Assembly: GCF_044704955.1 (NCBI RefSeq)
Contig: NC_091996.1
Location: 57,350,001-57,414,000 of the forward strand
Origin: Pristiophorus japonicus
Taxonomy: Eukaryota
Length of the DNA: 64,000 nt
Direction: 5' to 3'
Shown: one piece after another, positions 32,371 to 46,266 of the stretch
How the letters are laid out: each line of letters starts with the position of its first letter
Position numbering within the stretch: position 1 is the first letter of the stretch
Position numbers and translations under genes: made by a program
Notes under the pieces: generated by a model
Seen by the model: the letters and a program-made list of their open reading frames with translations, nothing else
What the model was told of the DNA's origin: nothing
The model's database searches: none

Positions 32371-35300
32371 TCTAAAGTCCTGTCCCCTCAGTACAGATTC
32401 ACACGAGGCATGTAGTGAAGTCAAGGTCACTCTGGACCTGCACCTTTATCTCACAGCTCTGGAATGCTGCACTTGCCTGAGACCTGTCCTTATATACCTG
32501 TCTCTTGCAAGTGCACCCCTGGTGGTAAGGTATGCTGGTGGTTACAGGTCATATCTTATTACAGTCATGTATAGCATGTTAGGATACAGTTATATATAAT
32601 AATGTAAGATACATGACATCACCCTCCCCCAAGGTCTTATTGTCTTTATAGGTTCAGTCTCTCAGGTGGTCTACGCTCTCGCGTGGAGCGTCTGAGTTGT
32701 GGTTCAGTTGTTTGCCTTGGTGTCTGTTTTTCTTTGGGTGTGGTTGCTGGTATCTCGCCTGGGCTGTCTGTTTCGATTAGTGTGATTGTTGTTGACTCAC
32801 CTGGGCTGTCTGTTGGGATTGCCCTTTCCTCAGGTTGTTCCCTCTGTCTGTCCACCAGGTATGTTGCGAGTTCCACATTGTAGTCTGCCTCTGGTTCCGC
32901 AGTGTTGTTGCCAAATCTGCTTTTGATTTGGTCTACATGCCTCTGGCAGGTTTTGTCATTGTCCATTTGTACTACCAGTAGCCTGTTTCCTTCCTTGCCC
33001 GTTACTGTCCCTGCAAGCCATTTGGGGCCCCTGCCATAGTTTAGTACAAACACTTTGTCCCCTATCTCATTCCATCTCCCCCTCGAATTTCTGTCATGGT
33101 ACTCAGTCAGCTTACGGCGCTTTGCCTCAACAATTTTGTGCATGTCTGGGAGGATTAATGAGAGCCTTGTTTTTAAAGTCCTTTTCATCAACAGTTGCGC
33201 GGGGGGATCCCAGTCAGTGAGTGCGGACGAGATCTGTATGCCAGCAGCAGTCGCGACAGGCGACTCTGCAGCGTGGGACTTTGGATTTAAAGCATGCCTT
33301 GTTTAATAATTTGCACTGCTCTCTCCGACTGGCCGTTGGAGGCCGGCTTGAACGGTGCCGTCTTGACGTGATTTATGCCGCGGTCAAATATAAAGTATTG
33401 GAATTCTGCGCTGGTGAAGCACGGACCATTGTCACTGACCAATATGTCAGGGATTCCGTGCGTTGCAAACATGGTTGCGAGGCTCTCCACAGTGGTGGAG
33501 GTTGTCTCGAGTTTACAATGGTGCATTCGATCCACTTTGAAAATGCATCTACAATTACGAGGAACATTTTGCCCATGAATGGGCCCGCATAGACTATGTG
33601 CACCCGCGACCACGGTTTGGTAGGCCAGGGCCAGGGGCTCAGTGGAGCCTCCCTGGGGGCATTGCTGAGTTGGGCACAAATGGTGTACCTTCGGACGGAG
33701 AGCTCCAAGCCCGCGTCAATACCAGGCCACCAGACGTGGGATCTGGCTATGGCCTTCATGAGAATGATCCCCGGGTGCTCGCAGTGGAGCTCCCGGACAA
33801 ATGCCTCTCTGCCTCGCAGAGGCATGACTACTCGGCTGCCCCACATCAGGCAGCCTGCTTGTAGTGATAGCTCATGCATGCGCCTGTGAAAGGTTTTAAT
33901 TCCTTGGGGAAGGCATCGCGAGCCTATGCCCAGTCACTGGTTAGGAAACAGCTTTTTACTAAGGATAACGTGGGGTCGCTGACCATCCAGGCTCTGATTT
34001 GGCGAGCCGTCATGGGCGAACCTGTGGACTCAAAGGCATTGGTTGCCATGACTATCTCACAGTCCTGTTCGTCAGACCCTTCCGTGGTCGCCAGGGGTAG
34101 CCTGCTGAGCGCGTCGGCACAGTTGTCTGTGCCTGGTCTGTGTCTTATGGTATAGTCGTAGGACGCCAGCATGAGTACCCACCGTTGAATTCGCGTTGCC
34201 GTTTATTGCCTTGCTCTCAGATAGGAGGGACATGAGGGGCTCGTGGTCAGTTTCTAACGCGAACTTGGCCCCGAAAAGGTATTGGTGCATCTTTTTGACA
34301 TCGTACACGCACGCGAGCGCTTCCTTCTCTACCATTCCGTACCCGCGCTCCGCCCGCAAAAGTGACCTGGAGGCATAAGCTATGGGTTGTAATTTGCCCG
34401 CGCTATTCACATGTTGCAAAATGCACCCGACCCCATACGCTTATGCATCGCATGTGAGAACTAGCTTTTTACCTGGGTCAAAGAAAATCAAAACACTGTT
34501 GGAACACAGAAGGTTGTGTGCCTTATTGAAGGCGCGTTCCTGGGCGTCCCCCCAAAAGCAATCGCACCCCTTCCTGAGTAGCACGTGGAGAGGCTCCAGC
34601 AGTGTGCTTAAGTTCTGCATAAAGTTCCCAAAGTAATTAAGTAGCCCGAGAAAGGCACGCAGTTCTGAGACATTCCGGGGCCTGGGAGCCAGGCGAATTG
34701 CTTCTGTTTTGGACTCTGTTGGGCGGATTCCATCAGCGGCAATCCTTCTGCTCAAAAATTCAACCTCGGGTGCCAGAAACAGGCACTTGGATTTCTTGAC
34801 TCGTAGGCCTACCCGATCCAACTGCTTTCGTACTTCCTCCAAATTATGGAGATGGGAGTTGGTATCCCTGCCCGTACTAAGTAGGTCGTCTTGAAATACA
34901 TCCGTCCCCGGGATGGACCTGAGCAGACTTTCCATGTTGCGCTGGAATATGGCAGCTGCTGACCTGATGCCGAATGGGCATCGATTGTACATGAAAAGGT
35001 CTCGATGTGTGTTGATGGTGGTGAGTAGCTTGGATTCCTCGGTCAATTCTTGCATCATATACGCAGATGTGAGGTCTAATTTTGAGAAAAGTTTACCTCC
35101 AGCCAATGTGGCAAATAAGTCCTCCGCTCTGGGCAGCGGGTACTGGTCCTGTAGGGAGACTCTGTTTATGGTAGATTTGTAGTCCCCACAGATTCGTACG
35201 GATCCATCAGGCTTCATGACTGGGACGATGGGACTTGCCCAGTCGCTAAATTCCACAGGTGATATAATGCCTTCTCGCAGAAGCCTGTCTAGTTCGTGTT

Positions 35301-37106
35301 CAATCTTTTCCCTCATCACATAGGGTGCAGCTCTGGCCTTGTGATGGACCGGTCTAGCATTCTGTGTGATGTAGATTTTGACTTTGGCCCCTTTGAAAGT
35401 GTCCACATCTGGCTGAAAGAGATGTTCAAATCGCTTTATAACTGTTGAGCAGGAGGTCCATTCCTCTAATGACATGGCATGGACATCATCCCATTTCCAG
35501 TTTAGTTTTGCCAGCCAGCTTCTCCCCAGCAGTACTGGGGGGTCTCCGGGGACAATCCACAGGGGAAGTCGGTTCACTGTCCCTTTGTGTGTGACAGAGA
35601 GCATGGAGCTGCCGAGGACTGGTACGATTTCTTTGGTATAGGTCCTTAGTTTGGTGTTGACCCTTGTGAGTTTTGGTCTGTCTCTTTTATGCGGCCACAG
35701 TTGTTCAAATTGTTGAGCGCCCATGAGAGATTGACTCGCTCCCGTATCCAGCTCCATGTTGACAGATATCCCGTTGAGTAGGACCCTCATCATTATAGGA
35801 GGCTTCCTGCTGTAGGAGCAGTGGCCATTGATCGTGTTGAACCGCTGTACATCGGTGTCCCGGGTACTGTCCCCACCATCTTCTGGTCCGCTTTCCGACC
35901 CATCCGATTCGTATACCAGCCGAGCTGCCGTTTTTTTGCACATGTGGGCCAAATGCCCTGTATATTCACAATTTCTGCAAATAGCCTGCTGAAATCGACA
36001 TCCCCTTGACGAGTGCCCACCCCCACACCTCCAGCACAGACCTATTCCATTGTTCCAATTGTTCCCAAAGAATGAGCTGCGTCTGGCTGATCTCTCGTGA
36101 GCTTCTCTCAGTTTGTAGTTGATTGCTCGCATTGTGGGTTGATGAGGTGTGAACGGCCGTTCCTGTGGCCCTTGATGGCTTCTGCCTGCTGTCGAGAGCC
36201 TGTTCTCCCGGTTTTGTCTGTGTGTGGGGGCAGCAGCTTATTTAGTGCTGTGAACTTCTTGTTCCGATATTTCGTTAGTTGTCGTACCTGCATTGTAAAT
36301 CAACCTCGTTTCTTCTTCCCCAACCAAGAATGTCTGTGCAACCAGTGCTGCTGCCTCTAAGGTCAGGTTCTTGGTCTCAGAGATTTCGGAATATGCCTGC
36401 GTGGCCTATTCCTTCAATGAAAAAGTCTCTCAACATTTCTCTCCTCAGTTCATCGAAGAACTCACATAAACTAGCCAACCTCCGAAGTTCCGCCACGAAG
36501 TCAGGTATGCTCTGGCCCACACAGCGTCTGTAGTTATAGAACCTGTGTCTGGCCATGTGTACGCTGCTAGCTGGCTTCAGGTGGTCTCTTACCAGTGTGC
36601 TCAATTCTTCAAACGACTTGCTTGTTGGTTTCTCGGGTGCCAACAGATCCTTCATTAAAGCGTATGTTTTCGAGCCACAGCTGGTCAAGAGATGGGCTCT
36701 TCTCTTGTCTGCCTTATCATCGCCTAACCAGTCTTTGGTTACAAAGCTTTGCTGGAGCCTTTCTGTAAAGTCCTCCCAATTGTCTCCCGCATTGTACTTT
36801 TCATCTGATCCGTTGTTCGCCATTCTATGGATTCTGTAATCCTGTAACTCATCGCCACTGTAAAGTCCTGTCCCCTCAGTACAGATTCACACGAGGCATG
36901 TAGTGAAGTCAAGGTCACTCTGGACCTGCACCTTTATCTCACAGCTCTGGAATGCTGCACTTGCATGAGACCTGTCCTTATGTATCTGTCTCTTGCAAGT
37001 GCACCCCTGGTGGTAAGGTATGCTGGTGGTTACAGGTCATATCTTATTACAGTCATGTATAGAATGTTAGGATACAGTTATATATAATAATGTAAGATAC
37101 ATGACA
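32371..37106 (-). mobile_element. Full-length Gypsy LTR retrotransposon
   Basis: 248-bp LTRs at 32371-32618 and 36859-37106 with about 5 differences by eye; TSD CCCAT/CCAAT; PBS TGGCGATGAG at 36848-36857; PPT at 32619-32630. Confidence 0.95.
32646..36823 (-). pseudogene. pol: Gypsy gag-pol pseudogene
   Basis: gag 36377..36823; 563-aa ORF 34441..36132 with zinc knuckles, PR 'ELDTGAS' and RT 'FQDD'; RNase H and IN in frameshifted ORFs. Confidence 0.93.
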
Positions 37107-38009
37107 CCAATCTGTCAAGTTCTGGCTTGACAGTTCGCACATATCTTGGCAGCCAGGACATTCGCATCGGAAAGATTGCGCTATTTGCCTATCACTTGCC
37201 CAGCAAATGTCCTTAAAACTCTTATACCTGGTAAAAGCAAACGCATAGCCTACTTTTAACAGCATAAGAGTTTTAAAACATATAAAAAAACATGTAAAAA
37301 TAAAATTTAAAAACACATTTTTCAGTTAAAAATCCTGCCCACTAAGATAAGATTATGTTAAAGTCTAATTATTAAAAAAACAGAACAATATTTATTTTTC
37401 TAAGACATTTATTAACTTTAATTTCAATTAATTTTAATTATGTGAGGTGTGTTTTTTATTTTTTATATTGTGTTTAGTGTGTTTGTTTTTTTTTCATTAA
37501 TAGCAATGAGAACTCGTAGATACGGAGTTCCCATTGCTCGTAATGAGAATACTGTACCTGATTGGTTGAGCAGTCACACATGACTGCACCTTCTGCATTG
37601 GAACCTCGAGGACAGGAGCGCGCTTCGCAGTGCGGGAAGAGAAGGCCTCCCCGCCGGAATCGAAGGTGCCTCCGGGAACAACAGATTATTTCGTTAAAAT
37701 TCTTGGGTCGGAGGCGTTCGTCCGAAAGAAGCCTCCAACCAGAATTTCGGGTCCATTATTTCCTCTGGCAGGGAAATCCAGAACAAGGGGCATCATCTTA
37801 AAATTAGAGTTCGTTCATTTAGGAGTGAAATCAGGCAGCGCTTTTTCACCCAAAAAGTAGTAGAAGTCTGGAATTCTCTCCCCCAAAAGGTTGTGGATGC
37901 TCGGTCAATCAAAACTTTCAGGACTGAGATTGACAAATTTTTGTTAGATAACGGAATCAAATTATATGGAGGAGAGAGGCAGGAAAAAGGAGTTGAGATG
38001 CAGATCAGC

Positions 38010-38935
38010 ATCATCATCATAGGCAGTCACTCGGAATCAAGGAAGACTTGTTTCCACTTTTAAAATGAGTCCTTTGGTGGCTGAACAGTCCAATACAAGA
38101 GCCACAGTCCCTGTCCCAGGTGGGACAGATAGTCGTTGAGGGTAAGGGAGGGTGGGACAGATTTGCCGCACGCTCTTTCCGCTACCTGCGCTTGATTTCT
38201 GCATGCTCTCAGCGATGAGACTCGAGGTGCTCAGCGCCCTCCCGGATGCGCTTCCTCCACTTAAGGCCGTCTTTGGCCAGGGACTCCCAGGTGTCGGTGG
38301 GGATGTTGCACTTTATCAGTGAGGCTTTGAGGATGTCTTTGTAACGTTTCCTCTGCCCACCTTTGGCTCGTTTGCCGTGAAGGAGATCTGAGTAGCGCGC
38401 TTGCTTTGGGAGTCTCGTGTCTGGCATGCAGACAATGTGGCCTGCCCAGCGGAGCTGATCAAGTGTGGTCAGTGCTTCAATGCTGGGGATGTCGGCCTGA
38501 TCAAGGACACTAATGTTGGTGCATCTGTCCTCCCAGGAGATTTGTAGGATCTTGCAGAGACATCGTTGGTGGTATTTCTCCAGCGACTTGAGGTGTCAAC
38601 TGTACATGGTCCATGTCTCTGAGCCATACAGGAGGGCGGGTATTACTACAGCCCTGTAGACCATGAGCTTGGTGGCAGATTTGAGGGTCTGGTCTTCAAA
38701 CACTCTTTTCCTCAGGTGGCCTAAGGCTGCACTGGCACACTGGAAGCGATGTTGAATCTCGTCATCAATGTCTGTTCTTGTTGATAAGAGGCTCCCGAGG
38801 TATGGGAAATGGTCCATGTTGTCCAGGGCCGCGCCGTGGATCTTGATGACTGGGTGGCAGTGCTGTACGGTGAGGACAGGCTGGTGGAGGACCTTTGTCT
38901 TATGGATGTTTAGCATAAGGCCCATGCTTTCGTAC
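38010..38935 (-). mobile_element. RTE-clade LINE (BovB-like), 5'-truncated
   Basis: 'FPYLGSLLS...KLMVYRAVVIPALLYGSETWT', 'MPDTRLPKQ'; (ATG)n tail; 10-bp TSD GCAGATCAGC at 38000-38009 and 38936-38945. Confidence 0.92.
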
Positions 38936-39019
38936 GCAGATCAGCGATGGTCTACTAGAATGGCAGAAGAGGCTCAGAGGGTTGAATGGCCTATTCCTTT
39001 TCCTATATGAAACTGAATC

Positions 39020-39760
39020 CCATGGACCAGGAAAATCCTAGCATTGATCCCATGTGGTAAGTTAGCTGATCATTGCCTGGGCAGGGCTAGGAGTGTTACA
39101 ACGAGCTTCAGTATTCCTGGGCTAAGGAAGATAAATTAGCCACTTAATCTCTGTCCAATGACCCGAGGGTGGAAAACGCATGCGCGAGGATGTCGAGTGA
39201 GCACGGGGTGAGGCTTTAATGATGTCCGCTGTTATGTATGTAACTATGTAATACTTGCCACCAGAGGGTGTGACTGTTGGAGTCCTAATGGTCACCTGCA
39301 CACACATTGTTTAGGCACTCTGGAGTTGTAATAAAGAAGACTAAGTTCACACTAAGTTTAGCTCAAAGTACTCAGCCTCATGGAGTTCTTCTATACACAA
39401 CATCTGCCATGCTTGAATACTGTCTCAGTTCCCGTGTGAAGTATGGCCACCAGACTGAGGTTCTGCAAGGAAACCAGTGCCCATGGAACTTTATCTCAAT
39501 GCGAGTCAGCATTTGCAGGTGAGGGGGATAGAACTGGAAGTGGGTATGAGCCCAATGCACAAAAACTTAGTGCCAACTGGCAATAGATCACAAGTAGGGC
39601 AGCGATAGGAAATGTAAATCTTGCACTCATGCAGTCAGGAATGCTCTTCAGCAAATAGGTTTGGGGAAAGTTGTTGAGTAAACTGAAGGGAACTCAGATC
39701 AGGGAATTTGAGAGGAGAATTGCAATAATTCTTTAAATGTTGTTTTCTTCCTGTTCAAAA
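39020..39760 (+). mobile_element. Old LF-SINE-like element interrupted by a solo LTR
   Basis: 'gaccaggaa...agttagctgatc' head similar to 15940. Confidence 0.4.
39230..39402 (+). mobile_element. Solo LTR related to the 10122-15022 Gypsy LTRs
   Basis: TGTTATGTATG...ACAACA; TSD TCCGC/TCTGC; shared 'ttagctca.agtactcag' block. Confidence 0.88.
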
Positions 39761-40371
39761 AATCTTAGAATTGGAAACAAAAAGGTGTAAGATGTTACAG
39801 GTTTGATTTACATTAACACAGCATTCAAATGATGTTTTCCCTTAAACAGGTCTGAAATAACAACTTGCTTTGTGTTGCATGCTGTTTTTAATGAGGTGAA
39901 TTCTGAAAGCAATAATCGTTTCCTTGGTAGAATTACTGTGAATTTCAATTAAATTAATTCCATATGAGTGCTGCAGTCACATGTACAATGCTGCGATCAG
40001 CTACCCTGCTAAATTTAAGTTCCATTTTAATCAAAGTAAATAGAAGAATGAAGTTATGTAACTGAAAGATAAGCTGACTCCGCTCTACAGTGATTGAATT
40101 TTCCAGAACGGAGACAGTTCTTTACTCGAATGACTCATTACAGAATTTTACCTTCCTTTCCCCTGTTGCTGTCTGATCCTATAGTGATGAGGCGCTGGGA
40201 TGTGCTTTCGGTGAGAAGATTTATGCTTTCGCTTCTGCATTTGAATGCAGTGCCATTGACTGGGTGACTGAGATTAAGCCTCTCTCTGGCTGCTGTAAGT
40301 GTGCTAGGTAATATGACTTTGGGCACTCTAAGTTCAGTAGGTACTGTTCTCCGTTATTAAAGTGCATTAGT

Positions 40372-41063
40372 GTCAGCTGTGGTTCAGTTGGTAGCACACT
40401 TGCCTCGGAATCAGAAGGCAGTGGGTTCACGTCCCACTCCAGAGACTTGAATGCATAAATCTAGGCTGATGCTCCAATGCCGTACTGAGAGAGTGCTGCA
40501 CTGTTGGAGGTGACGTCTTTTGGATGAAACGTCAAAATGAGCCCCACCTGCTCTCTCAGGTGGACGTAAAAGATCCCATGGCACTATTTGGAAGAAGAGC
40601 AGGGTAGTTATCCCTCAATCATCATAACAAAAACAGATTATCTGCTTATTATCACATTACTGTTTGTGGGAACTTGCTGTGTGCAAAATTGGCTGGCACG
40701 TTTCCTACATTATAACAGTAACTACACTTCAGAAAAAGGACTTCATTGGCTATAAAGCATTTTGAGCTGTCTGGTGGTCATGAAAGGTGCTATATAAATG
40801 CAAGTCTTTCTTTTCACTATTTCAAAGAAGAGCAGGGGAGTTATCTGCGGTATCCTCATCAATATCTATCCCTCACCAACATCACTAAAGCAGATTATCT
40901 GGTCATTATCACATTGTTGCTTGTGAGAGTTTGCTGTGTGCAAATTGGCTGCCGCGTTTCCCACATTACAACAGTGACTACACTTTTGAAGTTTTTCATT
41001 GGCTACAAAGTGCCTTGGGATATCCACGGGCTGTGTAAGGTGCTATATAAATGCAAGTTCTTC
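40372..41063 (+). mobile_element. tRNA-headed Deu-domain SINE (SacSINE1-like) plus a tandem partial second copy (40815-41063)
   Basis: A/B-box-like head, Deu core 'gtaaaagatcccatggcactattt', L2 tail 'gctatataaatgcaagt'. Confidence 0.78.
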
Positions 41064-41359
41064 TTCTGTACAAACTCAGGCTCAATTCAGACAAGCATGT
41101 GACTGCAATGGGGAAACATTAGCTTGGTGTATCAGGTGTCACTCTTCCGAGATTGGGGGTGAAACAGTTTCTTGCGAGACAACAAAGAGAGTTTTGCGTA
41201 ACATGTATTCTGAGCTGTACATAACTTGGGAGTGCCCATTTTGACCATGTGTGCGAAATCGATTTCATTTCCAAGCACTGTTATCCCTTAGTTAAACAAC
41301 CATAAAACTCACCCTAAATATTGGTAAAATCAGTCTGTGATAAATAATAAATACGAACA

Positions 41360-41740
41360 TTTGGGGCTGTTTTCCTTAGAACAGGAAAGATTATGGAGTG
41401 ATGTGATAGAGGTTTTTTTTAATTAAGAGTGAAGGGACATTGTTGATGGAAGCACACTAGAACCAAGGAACTTAGATATAAGATGCAATATAAAAGAGCG
41501 GGAGAAACATTTCACAGAGGGTGGAGAGATTGTGGGATGCAATACTAGAGTTTGTGATTGGAGCAGAGACCATCTCAACACTTATGAATAGGTTAGATAG
41601 GAGGTTGAAGGGAAGAGGACAAAAAGGGTTATGGGAACAGGATAGGAATGTGGGACTAAGACTAATGCTTGAGTGGAGGATAAACAACAACATGGACTGG
41701 TTGGGTCATGTTTCCGTGTTATAATTTCAATGTAATTGTA
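41360..41740 (+). mobile_element. Old CR1 3' fragment
   Basis: 'ttttccttagaacagg...ggagtgat.tgatagagg' and 'V.RLWDA' similarity. Confidence 0.6.
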
Positions 41741-41819
41741 TGTAAAAACATTGCCCACGTAACAACAGTTAATGCATTTCAAAAATTAATGGTGCAAAGC
41801 GTTTTGTGATAAAACACTA

Positions 41820-42330
41820 TGGGGATTAAATTGAGTAAGATTCAAAAACAGGTGTGGGGATCGTGGTGCGTTGCTGATTTCCATGATTGCTGCATGCAGC
41901 CAGTGGTACCTGCACTGTTCATTGGCTGCATGCATCAACAAGGCGCCCAATAGTGCGAGTGGCTAGCACCAATTAAAGGTAGCCTGCAGCTCTTAAAGGG
42001 AAGGTGCATTGTGGATGCTGGAAGTGGTGTCAGGAAGCTAATTGAATTTGAAGATTTTTGCCAAATGGCTCAACCTGCAAGAGAACGTGCACCAAGGCTT
42101 TGTGATAATGCACTGGAGGCCTTGGTGCAAGATATGGAGAGAAGGAGAGACACTCTGTATCCACAGGGGGCTGGAGGCCCTCGAGACATATGCTCAGGAG
42201 GCATTGGGAAGAAGTAAGGCAGAGGTCAATGCCAGGAGTATAGCTCCAAGAACATGGATGCAGTGCAGGAAGAAGTTTAATGATTTAACATAACTGTCAA
42301 GGTGAGTGAGTTCAATCATAAATGGTATAT
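41820..42330 (+). mobile_element. Harbinger fragment containing the first exon of the Myb/SANT gene
   Basis: 'MAQPARERAPRLCDNALEALV...EVNARSIAPRTWMQCRKKFNDL' followed by AAG/GTGAGT. Confidence 0.8.
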
Positions 42331-42334
42331 CCTT

Positions 42335-44890
42335 TTTCTTTTATTCATTCACAGGATGTGGGTATCAATGGAAAGGCAAGCATTTATTGCCCATCCCTAA
42401 TTGCTCTTGAGAAGGTGGTAGTGAGTCATCTTCTTGAACCACTGCCGTCTGTGTGGCGAAGGTACTCCCACAATGCTGTTAGGTAGTGACTTCTAGGATT
42501 TTGACCCAGCAGCGATGAAGGTATGGAGATATATTTCTGGGTCAGGGTGTTGTGTGACTTGGAGGGGAACTTGTAGGTGGTGGTATTCCCATGAGCTTGC
42601 TGCCCTTGTCATTCACGTGTAGTAGAGGAGGTGCTGTCGAAGAAGCTTTGTGCCACAGTGCGCTGGTGATGGAGGGAGTGAATGTTTAAGGTGGTGGATT
42701 GGCTGCTTTGTCATGAATGAGCTTCTTGAGTGTTGTTGGAGCTGCACTTATCCAAGCAAATGGAGTATATTCTATCACACTCCTGATTTTTGCCTTCCAC
42801 TTGGTGGAAAGGTTTTGGGGAGTCAGGAGGTGAATCACTGACCTGCTCTATAACCACAGTATTTATGTGGCTGGTCCAGTTAATTTTCTGGTCAATGGTG
42901 ACCCCCAGGATGTTGGTAATTGGGAATTTGAGGATGGTAATGCCATTGAATGTCAAGTGGTGGTGGTTAGAAACATAGAAAATAGGTGCAGGAGCAGGCC
43001 ATTCAGCCCTTCGAACCTGCACCACCATTCAATATGATCATGGCTGATCATGCAACTTCAGTACCCCACTCCTGCCTTCTCTCCATACCCCCTGATCCCT
43101 TTAGCCGTAAGGGCCACATCTAATTCCCTTTTGAAAATATCCTACGAACTGGACTCAACAACTTTCTGTGGTAGAGAATTCCATAGGTTCACAATTCTCT
43201 GGATGAAAAAGTTTCTCCTCATCTCAGTCCTTGATGGCTTACCCCTTATCCTTAGGTTGTGACCCCTAGTTCTGGACTTCCCCAACATTGGGAACATTCT
43301 TCCTGCATCTAACCTGTCCAATCCCGTCAGAATTTTATGTTTCTATGAGATCCCCTCTCATTCTTCTAAATTCCAGTGAATATAAGCCTATTCGATCCAG
43401 TCTTTTTTCATATGTCAGTCCTGCCATCCCGGCAATCAATCTGGTGAACCTTCGCTGCACTCCCTCAATAGCAAGAATGTCCTTCCTCAGATTCAGAGAC
43501 CAAAATTGTTCACAATACTCAAGGTATGGTCTCACCAAGGCCCTGTACATCTGCAGTAAGACCTCCCTGCTCCTATACTCAAATCCTCTCGCTATAAGAC
43601 AAACATGCCATTTGCCTTCTTTACTGCCTGCTGTACCTGCATGCCTGCTTTCAATGATTGATGTACCATGGCACCCAGGTCTCGTTGCACCTCCCCTTTT
43701 ATTAATCTGTTACCATTCAATAATAATCTGCCTTCCTGCTTTTGCCACCAAAGTGGATAACCTCACATTTATCCACATTATACTGCATCTGCCATGCATT
43801 TGCCCACTCACCTAACCTGTCCAAGTCACCCTGCAGCCTCTTAGCATCCTCCTCACAGCTCACACTGCCACCAGCTTAGTGTCATCTGCAAACTTGGAGA
43901 TATTACATTCAATTCCTTCATCTAAATCATTAATATATATTGTAAATAGCTGGGGTCACAGCACTGAACCTTGCGGTACCCCACTAGTCACTGCCTGCCA
44001 TTCTGAAAAGGACCTGTTTATCCCAACTCTCTGCTTCCTGTCTGCCAACCAGTTCTCTATCCACATCAATACATTACCCCCAATACCATGTGCCTTAATT
44101 TTGCACACTAATCTCTTGTGTGGGATCTTGTCAAAAGCCTTTTGAAAGTCCAAATACACCACATCCACTGGTTCTCCCTTATCTACTCTACTAGTCACAT
44201 CCTCAAAAAATTCTAGAAGATTTGTCAAGCATGATTTCCCTTTCATAAATCCATGCTGACATGGACTGATCCTGTCACTGCTTTCCAAATGCGCTGCTAT
44301 TACATCTTTAATAATTGATTCTAGCATTTTCCCGACTAGCGATATCAGGCTAACCGGCCTATAATTCCCTGTTTTCTCTCTCCTTTTTTAAAAAATCGGG
44401 TTACATTAGCTACCCTCCAATCCATAGGAACTGATCCAGAATCCATGGAATAGATCCTTGTTTGTTGGATATAGCTGTTGCATGGCACTTGTGTGGTGCA
44501 AATGTTACTTGACCAAGCCTGAATGTCGTTCAGGTCTTGCTGCATGCAGGCACGGATTGCTTCATTATCGAAGGAGTTGCAAATGGAACTGAACACTATG
44601 CAGTTTTCAATGAACATCCCTACTTTTGACCTTATGATGGAGGGAAGGTCACTGATGAAGCAGCTGAAGATGCTTGGGCCTAGGACACTGCCCTGAGGAA
44701 CTCCTGCACCGATGTTCAGGGGTTTGAGATGATTGGCCTCCAACAACCATAACCATTTTCCTTTGTGCCAGCTAGGAAGATGTCCTATGACATCAGTAAA
44801 CATGCCCTTTCCAGAGGTACCTGGATAGTGATGGAAAGTGGGAATCATGGCCAATTGTTCCCTTTCCCAGGTGTTGGCTGCTGTGGTGTG
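42335..44890 (-). mobile_element. CR1/L2-group LINE (Crack/L2B-like; 42335-42968 + 44453-44890) interrupted by a HER1-like CR1
   Basis: 'AGVPQGSVLGPSIFSCFISDLPSII' and 'NILGVTIDQKINWTSHIN'; 3' tail 'gggcaataaatgc...tgaatgaataaaa' on the minus strand. Confidence 0.7.
42969..44452 (-). mobile_element. CR1/HER1 LINE, 5'-truncated
   Basis: ORFs 43956..44327 and 43335..43550 carry CR1 RT motifs. Confidence 0.92.
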
Positions 44891-46266
44891 GGACAACCCA
44901 AGCTAACCTCGGCCAAGTCAACACAATGCATTAATTCCATTATGTAATAGTTGACATCCTGCCATCTTCATGCCTTTCATGTCAACATGAGAACTAAATA
45001 GAACAATTCCATGCTCAACCTCGGTTTGTAGCACCACCTCCAGCCCCTTCCCCCTTTCAACTCCGGCTGATAGCCATTTTCAAAGGCATGGCAGGGAAGG
45101 ATGGGAGCTGAGGCTGGGCACAAAAATGCATCACTGTTCAATGTCCCAACATCTTCAACTGGAACTATCTACTATAATCCCATTTACTTGCCTTTGCTCG
45201 TACTATTCTGTATTTTTTTTCCATTCCAAACACTCATCCAATTCCCTTTTAAATTATGTTAGTATAGTCTCTGCCTCAGTAGCAACTTAAGGCACAGAAT
45301 TCTATGTTCTGGAAGCCATGTGGAAAATGTTATCCTAACTTCCCCATGTCTTTTGCTTCACTCTCAGTTTTTGCTCATTGCGCTGTTCTGCACACTGAAG
45401 TCCTAGGATTGTCAGGACAGATACGATGATCACTTGATAAGGACCATGTACAGCTTCCTGCTTTCACCCCAGATCCTCAGAAATGCTCCTCGTTTCATCC
45501 ACTTTGGAAGGCTGAAAGGCCAAGTGAGCTCGGCCTGGAGTTGCCCCAGTATCCAACACTCAATCAAATAGGCAAGTCTCAATCGTTCATGGTGCAGATA
45601 CTTCCTTACCCAGCACACCGTACTGTTCTCGGAATCGGAACTGGCAGTTTACTGCTACTCACAGTATTTTATCTTGCTGTGGTTGGCTAGATTTAAAGGG
45701 TCGCTGTTTATGTTGAAAAATCTTTCCTTTATTTTGAAAGGCAGTAGAGACATTTTGATCGCAACTGTGCTGGACCCAAGTGTCACAATGACACATGGTT
45801 TATGTCATTGCGTTTAAGGTTGATAACAAAAATGAAATAAACAATTCCTGACATGTCCATAGGAATGGACTCCCCTTTTAACGTGTACTCTGCTGGGTAA
45901 AATATTATCCTGGAGTATTCCTCAGGAAAATCTTCCCCCTCCACCCCACCCCCACCCCACCCTGCCTGCTGCCGTCACCATCTATAATCAATCCAGATAA
46001 TAAATAAAATAATCACAGCTGGGCTTGTCCGAGGAGGCTTCCTGTCTATTAATACAGTTCGAGGCGGTCCCAAAGGAGGTGATTATATTCTCAGGATGCA
46101 CGTTCCCAGTGTAAAACCAACCCCTTTGAGATTATGTTCTCTCTGCAGTCGCTGTACTGATGGAATCTCTTTTTTTTCCCATAAAATAATCGAAAATATT
46201 TTCTGTATTATTTCCAATAATGTGTAGAAAGTAAAATTAAAAGGCTGATATGATAATTAAATGTTC

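Larger units (their letters stand above)
32253..37753. mobile_element. Harbinger-like MITE (32253-32370 + 37107-37753) interrupted by a Gypsy element
   Basis: TIR ggccctgaaattc...gaatttcgggtcc. Confidence 0.7.
30520..39008 (+). mobile_element. CR1 3' fragment (30520-30648, 32244-32252, 37754-38009, 38936-39008) split by two MITEs, a Gypsy element and an RTE
   Basis: 'FKMIKGFGRVDTE|K|LFPLAGKSRTRG' reads continuously when the inserts are removed. Confidence 0.8.

Noticed and set aside
40372-40445. tRNA gene
   Set aside because: A degenerate tRNA-like head continuous with a SINE body; no full cloverleaf.
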